From the IMG/VR virus record IMGVR_UViG_3300034121_001395: a stretch of 64,000 nucleotides of DNA; one strand, 5' to 3'. The first letter of the stretch is position 1; each line of letters begins with the position of its first letter. The notes beneath the pieces were generated by a model that was not told the DNA's origin, made no database searches, and saw only the letters and a program-made list of their open reading frames with translations. Below are positions 47,654 to 57,484 of this stretch, piece by piece. Source of the DNA: a virus. Position numbers and translations under genes: made by a program.

Positions 47654-47736
47654 AGGTTAATAGCGAGTAGCCAGTGTTGTATTGCGCTGGCTACTTTTTT
47701 GTTTACATATTAAAAAATATTGTATATAATAACGAC

Positions 47737-47991
47737 ATGAAAATCAAGGATAAAAACGGTGTTCAGTGTGAGCTTGATGATTTTACAGTTCTTCAAATTA
47801 CTCTCAATAAACTTCGTAAAGTATATGACTGGCAGTCAAATTACTATATTGACACTGCTAGCAACAAGGTGTTAAAGACGGAAACCTTTCACACCACTCA
47901 TAGTTGGGACACCACAAGCGAAGTGCGTGATGCAACAGTTGATGATTATCGCTTTTCTGCAGTTTTTGCTAAATTAGTTTGTGGGAGATAG
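47737..47991 (+). CDS. hypothetical protein
   Basis: after GTTTAC...TATAAT promoter. Confidence 0.55.
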   Translation: MKIKDKNGVQCELDDFTVLQITLNKLRKVYDWQSNYYIDTASNKVLKTETFHTTHSWDTTSEVRDATVDDYRFSAVFAKLVCGR

Positions 47992-48786
47992 CTTATGTTT
48001 TGTAATTGGCACTCGATAGAGCCAGTGTACTGAGTCACTAAATCCTGAGCCCCAATGATGCACACTAAACTGATGTATATGTCGTGCTCGTGATAGGATA
48101 AAAAAATCTACTAGTGTGTCAAGCGCAGAATCATTTTCAAGTGCCATATGACTTGGAACCGTAGAAGTGCATCTCAAACCATATTTTTCTGCTAAGATGC
48201 GCTTACATTCAGCTGAGTCTGACATTATTATGCATGGACGACCCGTTGATTCTTTTATATTTTTTATGACATACAAACTATCAATAAGCTGTTCCATTGT
48301 ATAGTCAACAGTGTCTCCTATTTGGGTACCAAATGAAAGTATGTCACCGACGCGAACGTGAATAACTTCATAATCTGTCAGCGAATCTAATGCAGCAACT
48401 ATTGCACGTTCGCACTCTTCAGTTGGTTGCAAATATTTTCTAACAGACTCTACTATTCGCCTTGGTAGTTTAAATACTGGCCATACATTTGTGTAAATAT
48501 GTAAATTATCCCGCCGTAAATTTTTTAGATTTATTTGATTTTTAAGATTGGTTTGTAGTGCCCGTAGAGTGGCATTTTGAATGTCTTGTAAATCTAAAAT
48601 TTTATTTGTATTTGGAGGTGTAACCGAACATTGATTTTGTAAATATTGACCAATTGGGTGCTGCCTAAAATCAATTTCAAATGGTATACTATATTCCACG
48701 CATAGTTGATTTGCCGCGATTGACCCTCGTATAAAATCACCCAATCCCATCCCCCTTTCTTTTGCAAAGTATGTGTGTATGAGCAT
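47974..48786 (-). CDS. fucosyltransferase-like (NodZ/GT23-type) glycosyltransferase
   Basis: GLGDFIRG, IHVRVGD, IMSDS, DFFILS, SGFS. Confidence 0.7.
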   Translation of the reverse strand: MLIHTYFAKERGMGLGDFIRGSIAANQLCVEYSIPFEIDFRQHPIGQYLQNQCSVTPPNTNKILDLQDIQNATLRALQTNLKNQINLKNLRRDNLHIYTNVWPVFKLPRRIVESVRKYLQPTEECERAIVAALDSLTDYEVIHVRVGDILSFGTQIGDTVDYTMEQLIDSLYVIKNIKESTGRPCIIMSDSAECKRILAEKYGLRCTSTVPSHMALENDSALDTLVDFFILSRARHIHQFSVHHWGSGFSDSVHWLYRVPITKHKLSPTN

Positions 48787-48812
48787 GTTATTATTTATTA
48801 TAAATAAAATAT

Positions 48813-49469
48813 ATGAAAATAACGCGTGAAAACATTGCGATTTTAGAGAATGATACTCATATATCACGTTGGGTTGAAGAAAGTGGCCGCCTCGATCATG
48901 ATCGCTACGCGTTGCCAATCATTTTAGAACACATACAACCTGGTTATACAGTTGTTGATGCTGGCGCATTTATAGGCGACCACACACTTGCATATTGTGA
49001 TGCAGTTGGTAAAAATGGAGACGTTTATGCGTTTGAACCTAATCCTGCAGCCTTTGAATGTTTACAATATAATTGTGGTTCAGCAAAATTATTTAATTGC
49101 GGACTATCAAATTGTGACGAAGAAGTAAACTATTCAGTAGATAATAATGCCGGAGCTGGCCGAATATCACAACAGTCTGGTGATGGTTCATTTTGCATAA
49201 AAACTATAACATTAGACTCACTAAACCTACCTGCTCTTGATTTTTTTAAGCTTGACATAGAAGGTTATGAACTCAATGCTTTAGAAGGAGCAAAAGAAAC
49301 AATTTCAAAATATCGTCCAGTTTTTTGGATTGAAATTAATGTCGGTGCCCTTGCGCAACATGGTAAAACTGCGCATGATATTGAAAACTTTCTGTCTCAA
49401 TTTGGTTATGACATAATACCATTCCCTGAAGTTGGTGAACAATATGACATACTTTGCATACCGCAATGA
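48813..49469 (+). CDS. FkbM-family methyltransferase
   Basis: VDAGAFIG, AFEP, KLDIEGYE..ALEGA. Confidence 0.9.
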   Translation: MKITRENIAILENDTHISRWVEESGRLDHDRYALPIILEHIQPGYTVVDAGAFIGDHTLAYCDAVGKNGDVYAFEPNPAAFECLQYNCGSAKLFNCGLSNCDEEVNYSVDNNAGAGRISQQSGDGSFCIKTITLDSLNLPALDFFKLDIEGYELNALEGAKETISKYRPVFWIEINVGALAQHGKTAHDIENFLSQFGYDIIPFPEVGEQYDILCIPQ

Positions 49470-50149
49470 AAACTGATATACTCATACGTTCGTATCGCAA
49501 TGACTTTAAATGGTTGTGGCATTCTTTAAAAAGTATACATAAATATGGTAAAGAGTTTGAAACTCTTCATCTTGTAGTCCCAGAATCTGATGTTCAACTG
49601 CTCGCTCACCTTACAGCAGAGAATGTACATGGCACAGTTGATCAATGTGATGGCTATCTTGCGCAACAGATTACTAAATTACATGCAGACACGTGGTGTT
49701 TATCTGACTATATTCTTCATGTTGATAGTGACTGTATTTTTTATAAAGATTTTTCACCAACTTGTTTTTTTAAAGATAACAAACCTATTATGCTTCGCGA
49801 AGAATGTTCTAATAGTCCATGGAATGCGATCTCTGAAAAGACTCTTGGTTGGTATGATAGTTATGAATATATGAGAAGACATCCAATTATATATCCACGA
49901 TGGATATATAACGAGTTTAGAGCATGGATAATGAAAAAACATAGTTGCAGCCTTGAACAATGGATATGCCAACAACAGCGTAATGAATTTAGTGAGTTTA
50001 ATACTCTTGGTCAATGGGCGCATAAAGTTTATCCTGAAGCATTTTCATGGTGTCACCCAAGCGAAATTCCAGAATATTGTAAGCAATATTGGTCATGGGG
50101 AGGATTGCAAGATGATATAATCAAAGACATTGAAACATTACTGGCATGA
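49466..50149 (+). CDS. GT-A-like glycosyltransferase (DUF6492-like)
   Basis: GYLAQQITKL, HVDSD, FSEFNTLG. Confidence 0.65.
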   Translation: MKTDILIRSYRNDFKWLWHSLKSIHKYGKEFETLHLVVPESDVQLLAHLTAENVHGTVDQCDGYLAQQITKLHADTWCLSDYILHVDSDCIFYKDFSPTCFFKDNKPIMLREECSNSPWNAISEKTLGWYDSYEYMRRHPIIYPRWIYNEFRAWIMKKHSCSLEQWICQQQRNEFSEFNTLGQWAHKVYPEAFSWCHPSEIPEYCKQYWSWGGLQDDIIKDIETLLA

Positions 50150-50799
50150 AAGTTTTGCTTTTAACAGTTTGTTCGGCTCGTCATCAAAACTTTACTGAAA
50201 AGCTTTATAATGAAATTTTGTTACATTGCAAACATGAATGTAAGATTGCATATCTTGATAATAGTTGCGAAGGAGACTTTCAAAGTGAGGCATTTTTTAA
50301 TGCATGTTATAATAAAACACACCATATTATCACTGAACTTGAGGCTTTGCAATATGGTGATGCACTCATATATCTAGATAGTGATATATGCGTAAGAGGC
50401 AACATAGTAACTACAATGTTAGAAGAACTTGGAGACTCTCATATTGCATTTCAACAAGATAGCAAAAACGCATTATGCGCCGGACTTTTTGTATGTCGGG
50501 TATGTCCTGAAACTATTAACTTTTTTAATAATGTAAAAGAAGCTCTCATTTGTAATAAAGAATATTATGCAGCAAAGGAATGTGACCAAACTGTAATAAA
50601 TGAGATGTTACCGCATTCAGGTTTAAAATATATTCCACTTAGTCTCAAATTTACGACATATGGCAATCTAGAACTCGGCCTTTGGAGTCCAGATTCTCCG
50701 CATTTTGTTTTAGATAGTGATGCCTTAGCATTTCATGCAAATTTTACAGTAGGGTTGCATAATAAAACACAATTGTTGAATTTAGTACGATTACAATAG
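50146..50799 (+). CDS. nucleotide-diphospho-sugar transferase
   Basis: YLDSD, CAG, DQ..IN, FHAN. Confidence 0.75.
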   Translation: MKVLLLTVCSARHQNFTEKLYNEILLHCKHECKIAYLDNSCEGDFQSEAFFNACYNKTHHIITELEALQYGDALIYLDSDICVRGNIVTTMLEELGDSHIAFQQDSKNALCAGLFVCRVCPETINFFNNVKEALICNKEYYAAKECDQTVINEMLPHSGLKYIPLSLKFTTYGNLELGLWSPDSPHFVLDSDALAFHANFTVGLHNKTQLLNLVRLQ

Positions 50800-50836
50800 T
50801 TGTGTACAAATAAGTAGATTTGGTGTATAATACATC

Positions 50837-51026
50837 ATGATGCCAAGATTGAGACTTGTTCGTATTAGTGAATTTAATACACTTGGTCAATTGGCACGTA
50901 AATTTCATGCAAGATGCGTTTACTTGGATGTATCCTAGTGATGTACCAACTGTTTGTAAACAATATTGGTCATGGGGAGGTCTAGATGATAATATACATA
51001 ATGAGATAAATAAAATAATAACTTAA
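50837..51026 (+). pseudogene. chimeric uvsE 5' / glycosyltransferase 3' remnant
   Basis: MMPRLRLVRISE fused to FNTLGQ...(frameshift)...CKQYWSWGGLDD. Confidence 0.7.
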
Positions 51027-51028
51027 AC

Positions 51029-51355
51029 GGGTGTGACATGGTTTCGACATGACATTTGAAGCAATATATGCAATGCACAGTCTGCACGACTCTAAGTGCA
51101 AGAGAAAAACGAAAAAGATACACTAGCTCTCGCGGCATAACCGCACCAACGCATCAACTCCGATAACATGCGTTGGTACAGAGGAGGGTCGGATAATTGT
51201 ATATCGAAAATATAATAGACTCATCGATTCGAATATTGATGCGGGATTGCTCGACAACAATCTAGGTTGTGATTGTCCTAACATCAATCAATAAATTGTA
51301 GAAGTATATTGCCGAGAAGTCATGGACTGGAGTTCGATCCTCCACACATCCACCA
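51029..51355 (+). ncRNA. ssrA: tmRNA
   Basis: GGGTGTG/CACATCC-ACCA with G3:U, T-arm, pk1, tag ORF ending LALAA*. Confidence 0.92.
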
Positions 51356-51397
51356 TTTTTTTGTTTACAAATTGACGCTTTTAGGGTATAATACATC

Positions 51398-52315
51398 ATG
51401 ACACCACGACTGGGACTAGTTTGCATAAGTGAAAGACTGACATACCAAAAGATCTCAGCGAAGACGATGACTCGCAAGCAGTTTGTAACTCTTGGTCGTG
51501 AGCGTGGGTTGCAGATACTATCCGAGCGTATACTTCATAATTCGCAGCACATCTTGCGTACACTCCAGGCATGCATCGACTCAGGTGCTCGTCACTATCG
51601 TGTGTCGAGTTCAATTTTCCCGTTGCTTACTGATCATACGCTCGAGTTGCGCTACAACGACCTGCATGGGTTTGATGATATCGCAAGCAACCTTGCGAAG
51701 GCTGGTGAATTTGCTCGGCAGCATGACATCACATGCAGCTCACATCCCGATCAGTTTAATGTCCTATCAAGTTATAACCCTGATGTTGTAGACAAGACTA
51801 TTCGCGAACTTGACCATCAGTCATATGTGCTTGATATGATGGGATGTAAAGCAAACTATAGTTCTCCAATGTGTCTGCATCTCAACAAGAGCCCTGACTT
51901 TAAGCGTGAAACTATTGGCGAGTATGTGTCTCGCTTTTGTGCAAATCTCGCCCGTTGTAGTCGTGGCGTTCGTCATCGACTTGTGTTAGAAAACGAAGAC
52001 AAGGCATACTGGAATTGCGAGAATCTCTACACACATTTTGCAGGGCATCTTCCACTCGTCTATGACAATCTTCATGACACGTGCAACCCGTCATGCGACT
52101 CGTCTCAAAGCATCTCTCGATTTCGCCAAAGTTGGGGAAAGTACACACCTGTGTTTCATTGGAGTGAGGGTATTGGCAGCACTCGTAGTCATACTGACTA
52201 TGCGACTCATCTCCCACATGTAGTCTCTGCAAATCGTGACGTCACCTGGGAAGTCGAACTCAAGGCAAAAGACAACGCGATTGCTCATATTCTGAGCACC
52301 TTTTTTGCCTCCTAA
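51398..52315 (+). CDS. uvsE: UV DNA damage endonuclease
   Basis: RLGLVC, YRVSS, HPDQF, LENED, DNLH, HTDY, EVELKAKD. Confidence 0.9.
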   Translation: MTPRLGLVCISERLTYQKISAKTMTRKQFVTLGRERGLQILSERILHNSQHILRTLQACIDSGARHYRVSSSIFPLLTDHTLELRYNDLHGFDDIASNLAKAGEFARQHDITCSSHPDQFNVLSSYNPDVVDKTIRELDHQSYVLDMMGCKANYSSPMCLHLNKSPDFKRETIGEYVSRFCANLARCSRGVRHRLVLENEDKAYWNCENLYTHFAGHLPLVYDNLHDTCNPSCDSSQSISRFRQSWGKYTPVFHWSEGIGSTRSHTDYATHLPHVVSANRDVTWEVELKAKDNAIAHILSTFFAS

Positions 52316-52322
52316 AGGTCGG

Positions 52323-52422
52323 TTTCTCTATACGGGGCTTAACTTCGGGGCTTTTTTTCACTTTTTTGAAAAAAGTTGTGTACTTTTGCCGCGGTTTATG
52401 CTATAATAACCATGTAAGCAAC
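52323..52422 (+). promoter_or_regulatory. early promoter cassette, copy 4
   Basis: same ~100-bp element. Confidence 0.85.
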
Positions 52423-52436
52423 AAACCGATACCAGC

Positions 52437-52685
52437 ATGACCAACGACGACAAACATTATGGAACAGTAGAGATCAAGATGTCAAATGGTGAGTATTTCA
52501 CCACCGAAGTAGTAAAAGAAGGAGATAAGTTTATCACTGGAACGTTTACCAATACTGGACTTCTTCGCGACAAGTGGGAAGTAAGCATTGAGGAATACTA
52601 TTCTCATCAAGAAGCTCTACAGGAACTTTATGAAATTCTTGAAGAGTATGCAAACTCGCCAGAAGCGCTGCTTCAATATGCCTAA
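52437..52685 (+). CDS. early hypothetical protein
   Basis: first ORF after promoter. Confidence 0.6.
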   Translation: MTNDDKHYGTVEIKMSNGEYFTTEVVKEGDKFITGTFTNTGLLRDKWEVSIEEYYSHQEALQELYEILEEYANSPEALLQYA

Positions 52686-52857
52686 TAATAACCACATAAG
52701 CAACAATATGATTGATATTACTACAGTACAAGGATTTTGGTATGATGGCAATACTCCAATTGCTAATCTCACGGATGGCAGAGAGGTGGTATTGAGTGAA
52801 GAAGATGCTCAGTTCATTTTGGATTGGAGTGCGTCAATAGCTAATAGAGTAGAGTAA
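52678..52857 (+). CDS. small hypothetical protein
   Basis: packed ORF. Confidence 0.5.
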   Translation: MPNNNHISNNMIDITTVQGFWYDGNTPIANLTDGREVVLSEEDAQFILDWSASIANRVE

Positions 52858-52866
52858 ATAATAATT

Positions 52867-53538
52867 ATGAACAAGCCAATCTTTGTAGTAGGAGACATTC
52901 ATGGCAAATGGGATGCGCTTTTTCTTAAGATAAAAGCTGGCGATATTCGTGATTTTGTCTTGATTGGCGTTGGTGACCTTGGAGTCGGGTTTAAACTCGA
53001 GAAGCAGCAGGCCCGTCAGTTTGAATATATCAACACCTTTTTCAAAAGTCGAAACATTGATTTTCTAGGTATACGCGGCAATCATGATGACCCAGCATAT
53101 TTTGATGGAAAGGTAAGCATGAGTAATTTCAAGTTGCTTCCAGATTATACATCAATGACTCTAGATGATAAAGAATTTTTGTTTGTCGGTGGTGCTGTCA
53201 GCATCGATCGACGTATGAGAGCACAGGGCATTTCATATTGGGCAGATGAAAAGTTTGTCTTGGATGTTTTCAAGATAAAGCGATGTGATGTACTCATTAC
53301 GCACAGTGCTCCAACATGGAGTGGTCCATTTGATAAGTCTGGAATCTCAGGTTGGTGTGATCGTGACTCTACGCTTTGGGATGAATGCGTACAAGAACGT
53401 AAGGAGCATGATATGCTTGTAAAGTTGTGTGGCGCAACTCGTCATTACTGCGGTCATTTTCATTTAAGTTCGATAGTTGATGTTGAAGGATGCACTAGTA
53501 TTATATTAGACGAACTCGAAATAAAAGAGATTATATGA
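52867..53538 (+). CDS. metallophosphoesterase
   Basis: GDIHG, GDLG, RGNHD, THSAP, GHFH. Confidence 0.9.
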   Translation: MNKPIFVVGDIHGKWDALFLKIKAGDIRDFVLIGVGDLGVGFKLEKQQARQFEYINTFFKSRNIDFLGIRGNHDDPAYFDGKVSMSNFKLLPDYTSMTLDDKEFLFVGGAVSIDRRMRAQGISYWADEKFVLDVFKIKRCDVLITHSAPTWSGPFDKSGISGWCDRDSTLWDECVQERKEHDMLVKLCGATRHYCGHFHLSSIVDVEGCTSIILDELEIKEII

Positions 53539-53556
53539 TAGTAGAATATAGTGGCG

Positions 53557-53745
53557 ATGAATGAGAAACAAATATATTGTAAATTATTAGACATAATGAC
53601 TAACAAGTGTGCTTTGGAAGCATGGCTTGATATTCCCAATAAAGAGTTGCACAATAAAAGGCCACGCTATTTAATGTTAAGTGAAGATGGAAGAAAAATA
53701 ATTTCTGAATTAATCTTTAAACTTGAAAATAAAAATGAAATTTAA
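53557..53745 (+). CDS. MbcA/ParS/Xre antitoxin C-terminal-like domain
   Basis: AWLDIPNKELHNKRPRYLM...G...I pattern. Confidence 0.6.
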   Translation: MNEKQIYCKLLDIMTNKCALEAWLDIPNKELHNKRPRYLMLSEDGRKIISELIFKLENKNEI

Positions 53746-53932
53746 TGTCATAACATTTGTTATTGCCTTTATCACATGGAGCATTGCTGCTTTTATTGGA
53801 GGTTATATTACTGGTCGTGAAGACACATATCGTGAAGCATATGAAAACGGACTTATGATTATGTCAAGAGACAATGGGGAAAAAGTCTATCGTTGGATCG
53901 AGACTCATAAAATAGGATATGACTATGAATGA
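53735..53932 (+). CDS. small membrane protein
   Basis: N-terminal transmembrane helix. Confidence 0.55.
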   Translation: MKFNVITFVIAFITWSIAAFIGGYITGREDTYREAYENGLMIMSRDNGEKVYRWIETHKIGYDYE

Positions 53933-54010
53933 TTTGACCATAGTACTCTATTGTATTCTCATGACTTCGCTTGCGATTGGCACACTTATAATTTTTGAAA
54001 AATACGACAA

Positions 54011-54964
54011 ATGAAAACTGCATATCAATATAAAGACATATGTTTGCTGCCTCGCTATAGTAGCCTAAAGACTCGTCAGAGAGCTGAAGTTTCTACAGTA
54101 TTTTTAGGATCACAATTTAAATTACCAGTGGTGCCTTCGAATATGGTATGTGTCATAAACGAATCACATGCAAAATGGCTGAGTGAACGCGGCTATTTCT
54201 ATGTCATGCATCGTTTTGGCATCGATAACCTTGAATTTGTTCGCGCTGCCCAAGGTTGGAAAACAATCAGCATCAGCGTAGGCGTACAAGAAGTCGACAA
54301 ATATCTACTTGAGCAGATCGCAGCAGAAGATTTAAAGTTAGACTATGTCACAATCGACATTGCTCATGGTGATAGCATTCTTATGAAAGAGATGTTGAGT
54401 CATATTTCTTTGCTGTCTCTTGATACAAAAATTATTGCCGGCAATGTCTGCACTCCCGAAGGCTATCGCAGGCTTGTTGAATGGGGAGCAGATGCTGTAA
54501 AGGTTGGTATTGGGGGTGGTGGTGTGTGTAGCACAAAAAATAAGACTGGCTTTACTTTTCCAATGTATAGTTGTATCACACTCATTGATCGTGTGCGAGA
54601 ACTTGATGATCCACCAATAGTCGCAGATGGCGGAGTTCGTGAGCATGCCGACATTGTAAAAGCAATTCACGCCGGAGCAGAGATGGTTATGGTTGGTGGT
54701 CTCTTTAGTCGATGTATTGATTCACCGGCTGAAATGATTGACGGTCAAAAAGTTTATTTTGGAAGTGCTTCTCAATACAACAAGGGTGAATATCGAAACG
54801 TTGAAGGAGTTAAGCGTTCACTAGATCTTGACACAATGACCTATGCAGAAAAATTGCTCGAGATAGAACAGGACCTTCAAAGTGCGGTTTCTTACTCGGG
54901 CGGAAGAAACTTACTTGATATCCCGAGTGTAGAAGCAATGCTCGTTACAAGTTGGGAGGCATAA
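54011..54964 (+). CDS. guaC: GMP reductase
   Basis: FKLPVVPSNM, YVMHRF, IDIAHG, KVGIGGGGVCST, ADGG, YFGSAS; no CBS domains. Confidence 0.88.
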   Translation: MKTAYQYKDICLLPRYSSLKTRQRAEVSTVFLGSQFKLPVVPSNMVCVINESHAKWLSERGYFYVMHRFGIDNLEFVRAAQGWKTISISVGVQEVDKYLLEQIAAEDLKLDYVTIDIAHGDSILMKEMLSHISLLSLDTKIIAGNVCTPEGYRRLVEWGADAVKVGIGGGGVCSTKNKTGFTFPMYSCITLIDRVRELDDPPIVADGGVREHADIVKAIHAGAEMVMVGGLFSRCIDSPAEMIDGQKVYFGSASQYNKGEYRNVEGVKRSLDLDTMTYAEKLLEIEQDLQSAVSYSGGRNLLDIPSVEAMLVTSWEA

Positions 54965-54984
54965 ATTTGAAGGAGATCTTTAAT

Positions 54985-55236
54985 ATGTTGAAAAATGAAA
55001 AATGTTGGGAATGCAATGGCACACTGCAGCGGGTGTTCGTCACCGAAACTTATGATGAACATGTTCTTGGAAGCATTACTATAACAGACATTCCGATGCT
55101 TCGCTGCTGTTCATGTGGTGATGAAGTAATCGGTGCAGATGGCAGCGCACATATTGATGACACTATCGAAAGAGAATATAAGAAGCGAGGACTCCAACGA
55201 AAATACAGAACGTGGACCGAAACTGTAGTAGAATAA
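54985..55236 (+). CDS. YgiT/MqsA-type zinc-finger protein
   Basis: CWEC...ITITDIPMLRCCSCGDE; no HTH. Confidence 0.65.
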   Translation: MLKNEKCWECNGTLQRVFVTETYDEHVLGSITITDIPMLRCCSCGDEVIGADGSAHIDDTIEREYKKRGLQRKYRTWTETVVE

Positions 55237-55240
55237 ACTT

Positions 55241-55441
55241 ATGAAAGAACTATATAGAATAGTAGAACGTATAGACGTTCCAACTGCTAGAACATACTAT
55301 GCAATTCAAGAGAAGTTTCTTTGGTTTTGGATCACAGATTTTAGTTATGGAATTTGGGCAACAGCAGAATCTGCAGAAGATATGGTTATGAAACTATTGA
55401 AAAACCCAAACAGAATAGTAAAAACATTTTCTTATGAGTGA
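55241..55441 (+). CDS. hypothetical protein
   Basis: YRIV...YAIQEKFLWFW; paralog of 56772. Confidence 0.6.
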   Translation: MKELYRIVERIDVPTARTYYAIQEKFLWFWITDFSYGIWATAESAEDMVMKLLKNPNRIVKTFSYE

Positions 55442-55631
55442 AGATATAAAATACGAAGTGCTTTGGCTAAACAAAAATAAAGTGTTTAAAAATGCAATCT
55501 TTTTTGATCAGGACATTGCTTTAGATTTTTACGTTGAGAAACTAAAAATGGGAACAAAACCACAGATTAAACAGCATGTAACCGTTACAACGATACTACA
55601 ATGCGCAGTCAATAAAATAGATCATGAGTAA
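55434..55631 (+). CDS. hypothetical protein
   Basis: packed ORF. Confidence 0.55.
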   Translation: MSEDIKYEVLWLNKNKVFKNAIFFDQDIALDFYVEKLKMGTKPQIKQHVTVTTILQCAVNKIDHE

Positions 55632-55986
55632 TACACCGGACACAGATGCAAATCAAATCTTTCTAGGATTCAATCCAGATGAAGGTGACTATTTTGTGCC
55701 AGCAACAGTTGCTCGTAAGCTAGAACAGCAACGCGATGAAGCAGTCAACAACTATGAAACTGCTGTGCTACGAGAGCATCGTATGCAGGAGCAACTTGAT
55801 ACGCTTAAAGAATCAATTCTGGATTTGTCTCATCCTAATATGCAATTGCTGTTAGAAGAACGCAACAAAGCGGTCAACAACTACGAGACTGCTGTGCTAC
55901 ACGGACATCGTATGCAAGAGCAACGAGACAGATTGACGACTATTACTAACGATTTAATCGCAATGGTTCGCATCAATGTTATGTGA
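55624..55986 (+). CDS. coiled-coil protein with internal duplication
   Basis: AVNNYETAVL..HRMQEQ twice. Confidence 0.6.
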   Translation: MSNTPDTDANQIFLGFNPDEGDYFVPATVARKLEQQRDEAVNNYETAVLREHRMQEQLDTLKESILDLSHPNMQLLLEERNKAVNNYETAVLHGHRMQEQRDRLTTITNDLIAMVRINVM

Positions 55987-56198
55987 GGATCGTTTGAGGG
56001 ATGCACTGTCGTACAACTCGATGAACACCTCAAACCATGGATCGAAAAGATCGCTGCTGTGACGAAGGAGAGAGATATACACAAAGCTAAACCCGATTTC
56101 TGGGATGGTTTTGCCTTTAATACTACTATTGGAAACGAAAGCCATGAGTGTCACACTAAAAACGGACGAAGAAGATCTACATGTGAAAGGAGGCAATC

Positions 56199-56555
56199 AT
56201 GAGTGAAACATCAGAAACAGACGCCCTGTGGGACGCACAAATTATGTCAGACACCCCATATCATGAAGCATGGGAAGAGATGTCAGAACATGCATGCAAA
56301 CTAGAACGCGAGCGCGACAATGCAATCGCAGAAGCGACCAATGCAGTCAATGACATTATCGACATGCGATATAAACTAAAGGAAGCAGAAGAAACTGCTG
56401 AGCACTATCGACTTGATGCCAATCGTTTTGAAGCAGCGGTTATGATGCTAAAAGAAAAAATTAAAGAGTATGATGATACATTAACCGTTTGCACCGACAA
56501 CTTCTCATGCAAAACGTTTGTGCCACAAAAGTGGGAACTGCCGCCCTATCAATGA
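56199..56555 (+). CDS. coiled-coil hypothetical protein
   Basis: SETDA...KLERERD; AGGAGG upstream. Confidence 0.6.
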   Translation: MSETSETDALWDAQIMSDTPYHEAWEEMSEHACKLERERDNAIAEATNAVNDIIDMRYKLKEAEETAEHYRLDANRFEAAVMMLKEKIKEYDDTLTVCTDNFSCKTFVPQKWELPPYQ

Positions 56556-56634
56556 GCTAAGCAGTGACCTTAATAGTTTACTCCATAACAAACTTTCACT
56601 GCACAGTAAAAACGATCAAACCCAGTAAAAAATT

Positions 56635-56767
56635 ATGAGTAGTTTATCAAAGGGTAAAGGAAGTGAGTGTGTCAACCATTCAGCGGTGAAAGCATCTTCG
56701 AAAATATTGGAAGCGCGTTCAAAATAAACGTGTACGCGCTGATGGGAAAAAACAAACACAAAAATAA
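56635..56767 (+). pseudogene. degraded paralog of 57485-57619
   Basis: KHLRKYW.RVQNKRVR.DGKK conserved but frameshift and TGA. Confidence 0.65.
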
Positions 56768-56771
56768 ACTT

Positions 56772-57038
56772 ATGCCAAAATACAGAATCGTAAGGGACTA
56801 TCGTGACAGAAACACAAAACTGTCATATGAAAAATACTATATTCAACGCAAGTTCTTATGGATGTGGAATGACATTGACCCGTTTGACATCGACTCGAGT
56901 TTCTACAGAAGCGGTAAAAACTGGGACACCTTTGAAGAGGCACTCGATGTATACACAAAGATCGAAGAGATTGAGGCTCTTAGGCGGCGCGGATTGGAGG
57001 TTGTGTGGCCAAAACCACGTCCGGAATGGCCTTGCTGA
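56772..57038 (+). CDS. hypothetical protein
   Basis: KYRIV...YYIQRKFLWMW. Confidence 0.6.
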   Translation: MPKYRIVRDYRDRNTKLSYEKYYIQRKFLWMWNDIDPFDIDSSFYRSGKNWDTFEEALDVYTKIEEIEALRRRGLEVVWPKPRPEWPC

Positions 57039-57052
57039 GGTCATTTTTCTAA

Positions 57053-57143
57053 GCCCGGACACCGTCCGGGGCCTTTTTTCACTTTTATGAAAAAAGTTGT
57101 GTACTTTTGCAGTGGTTTATGCTATAATAACCATGTAAGCAAC
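57053..57143 (+). promoter_or_regulatory. early promoter cassette, copy 5, with upstream terminator-like hairpin
   Basis: CCCGGAC/GTCCGGG plus T run, then conserved promoter. Confidence 0.85.
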
Positions 57144-57155
57144 AAACCACACAAT

Positions 57156-57458
57156 ATGAAAAAAGCATCACTCAGCGTACAAGACATCAACTCGGCGATC
57201 ATCTCTGGAAATTTTACAATTGATGACATCAATAGCATCCTTCAAGCTGTCACCTTTGCCCGCACTCGCCTTGCTCAAAAGACCAAAGCTTCTCTTCATC
57301 TCGGCGACAATGTCCAATTTACAAGCCCACGAAGTGGAGGCGTGACCACTGGATATGTTGTCAAGATTGCCGTTAAGTTTGTCACGGTTCAAACTAGTGG
57401 CGGTCGATGGAAAGTTCCAGCGAGCATGTTGTCTAAAATCGATGCAGTTCTTAAATAA
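57156..57458 (+). CDS. early protein with SH3-like C-terminus
   Basis: GDNVQF...G.V.KI..K.V.V...WKVPASML. Confidence 0.65.
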   Translation: MKKASLSVQDINSAIISGNFTIDDINSILQAVTFARTRLAQKTKASLHLGDNVQFTSPRSGGVTTGYVVKIAVKFVTVQTSGGRWKVPASMLSKIDAVLK

Positions 57459-57484
57459 ATCTAACCATCACACTTGATAAATTT

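Noticed and set aside
51093-51140. Frameshifted tmRNA tag starting at TAAGT-GCA
   Set aside because: That GCA is part of pk1 stem 2; resume at GAA 51111 is in frame with LALAA*.
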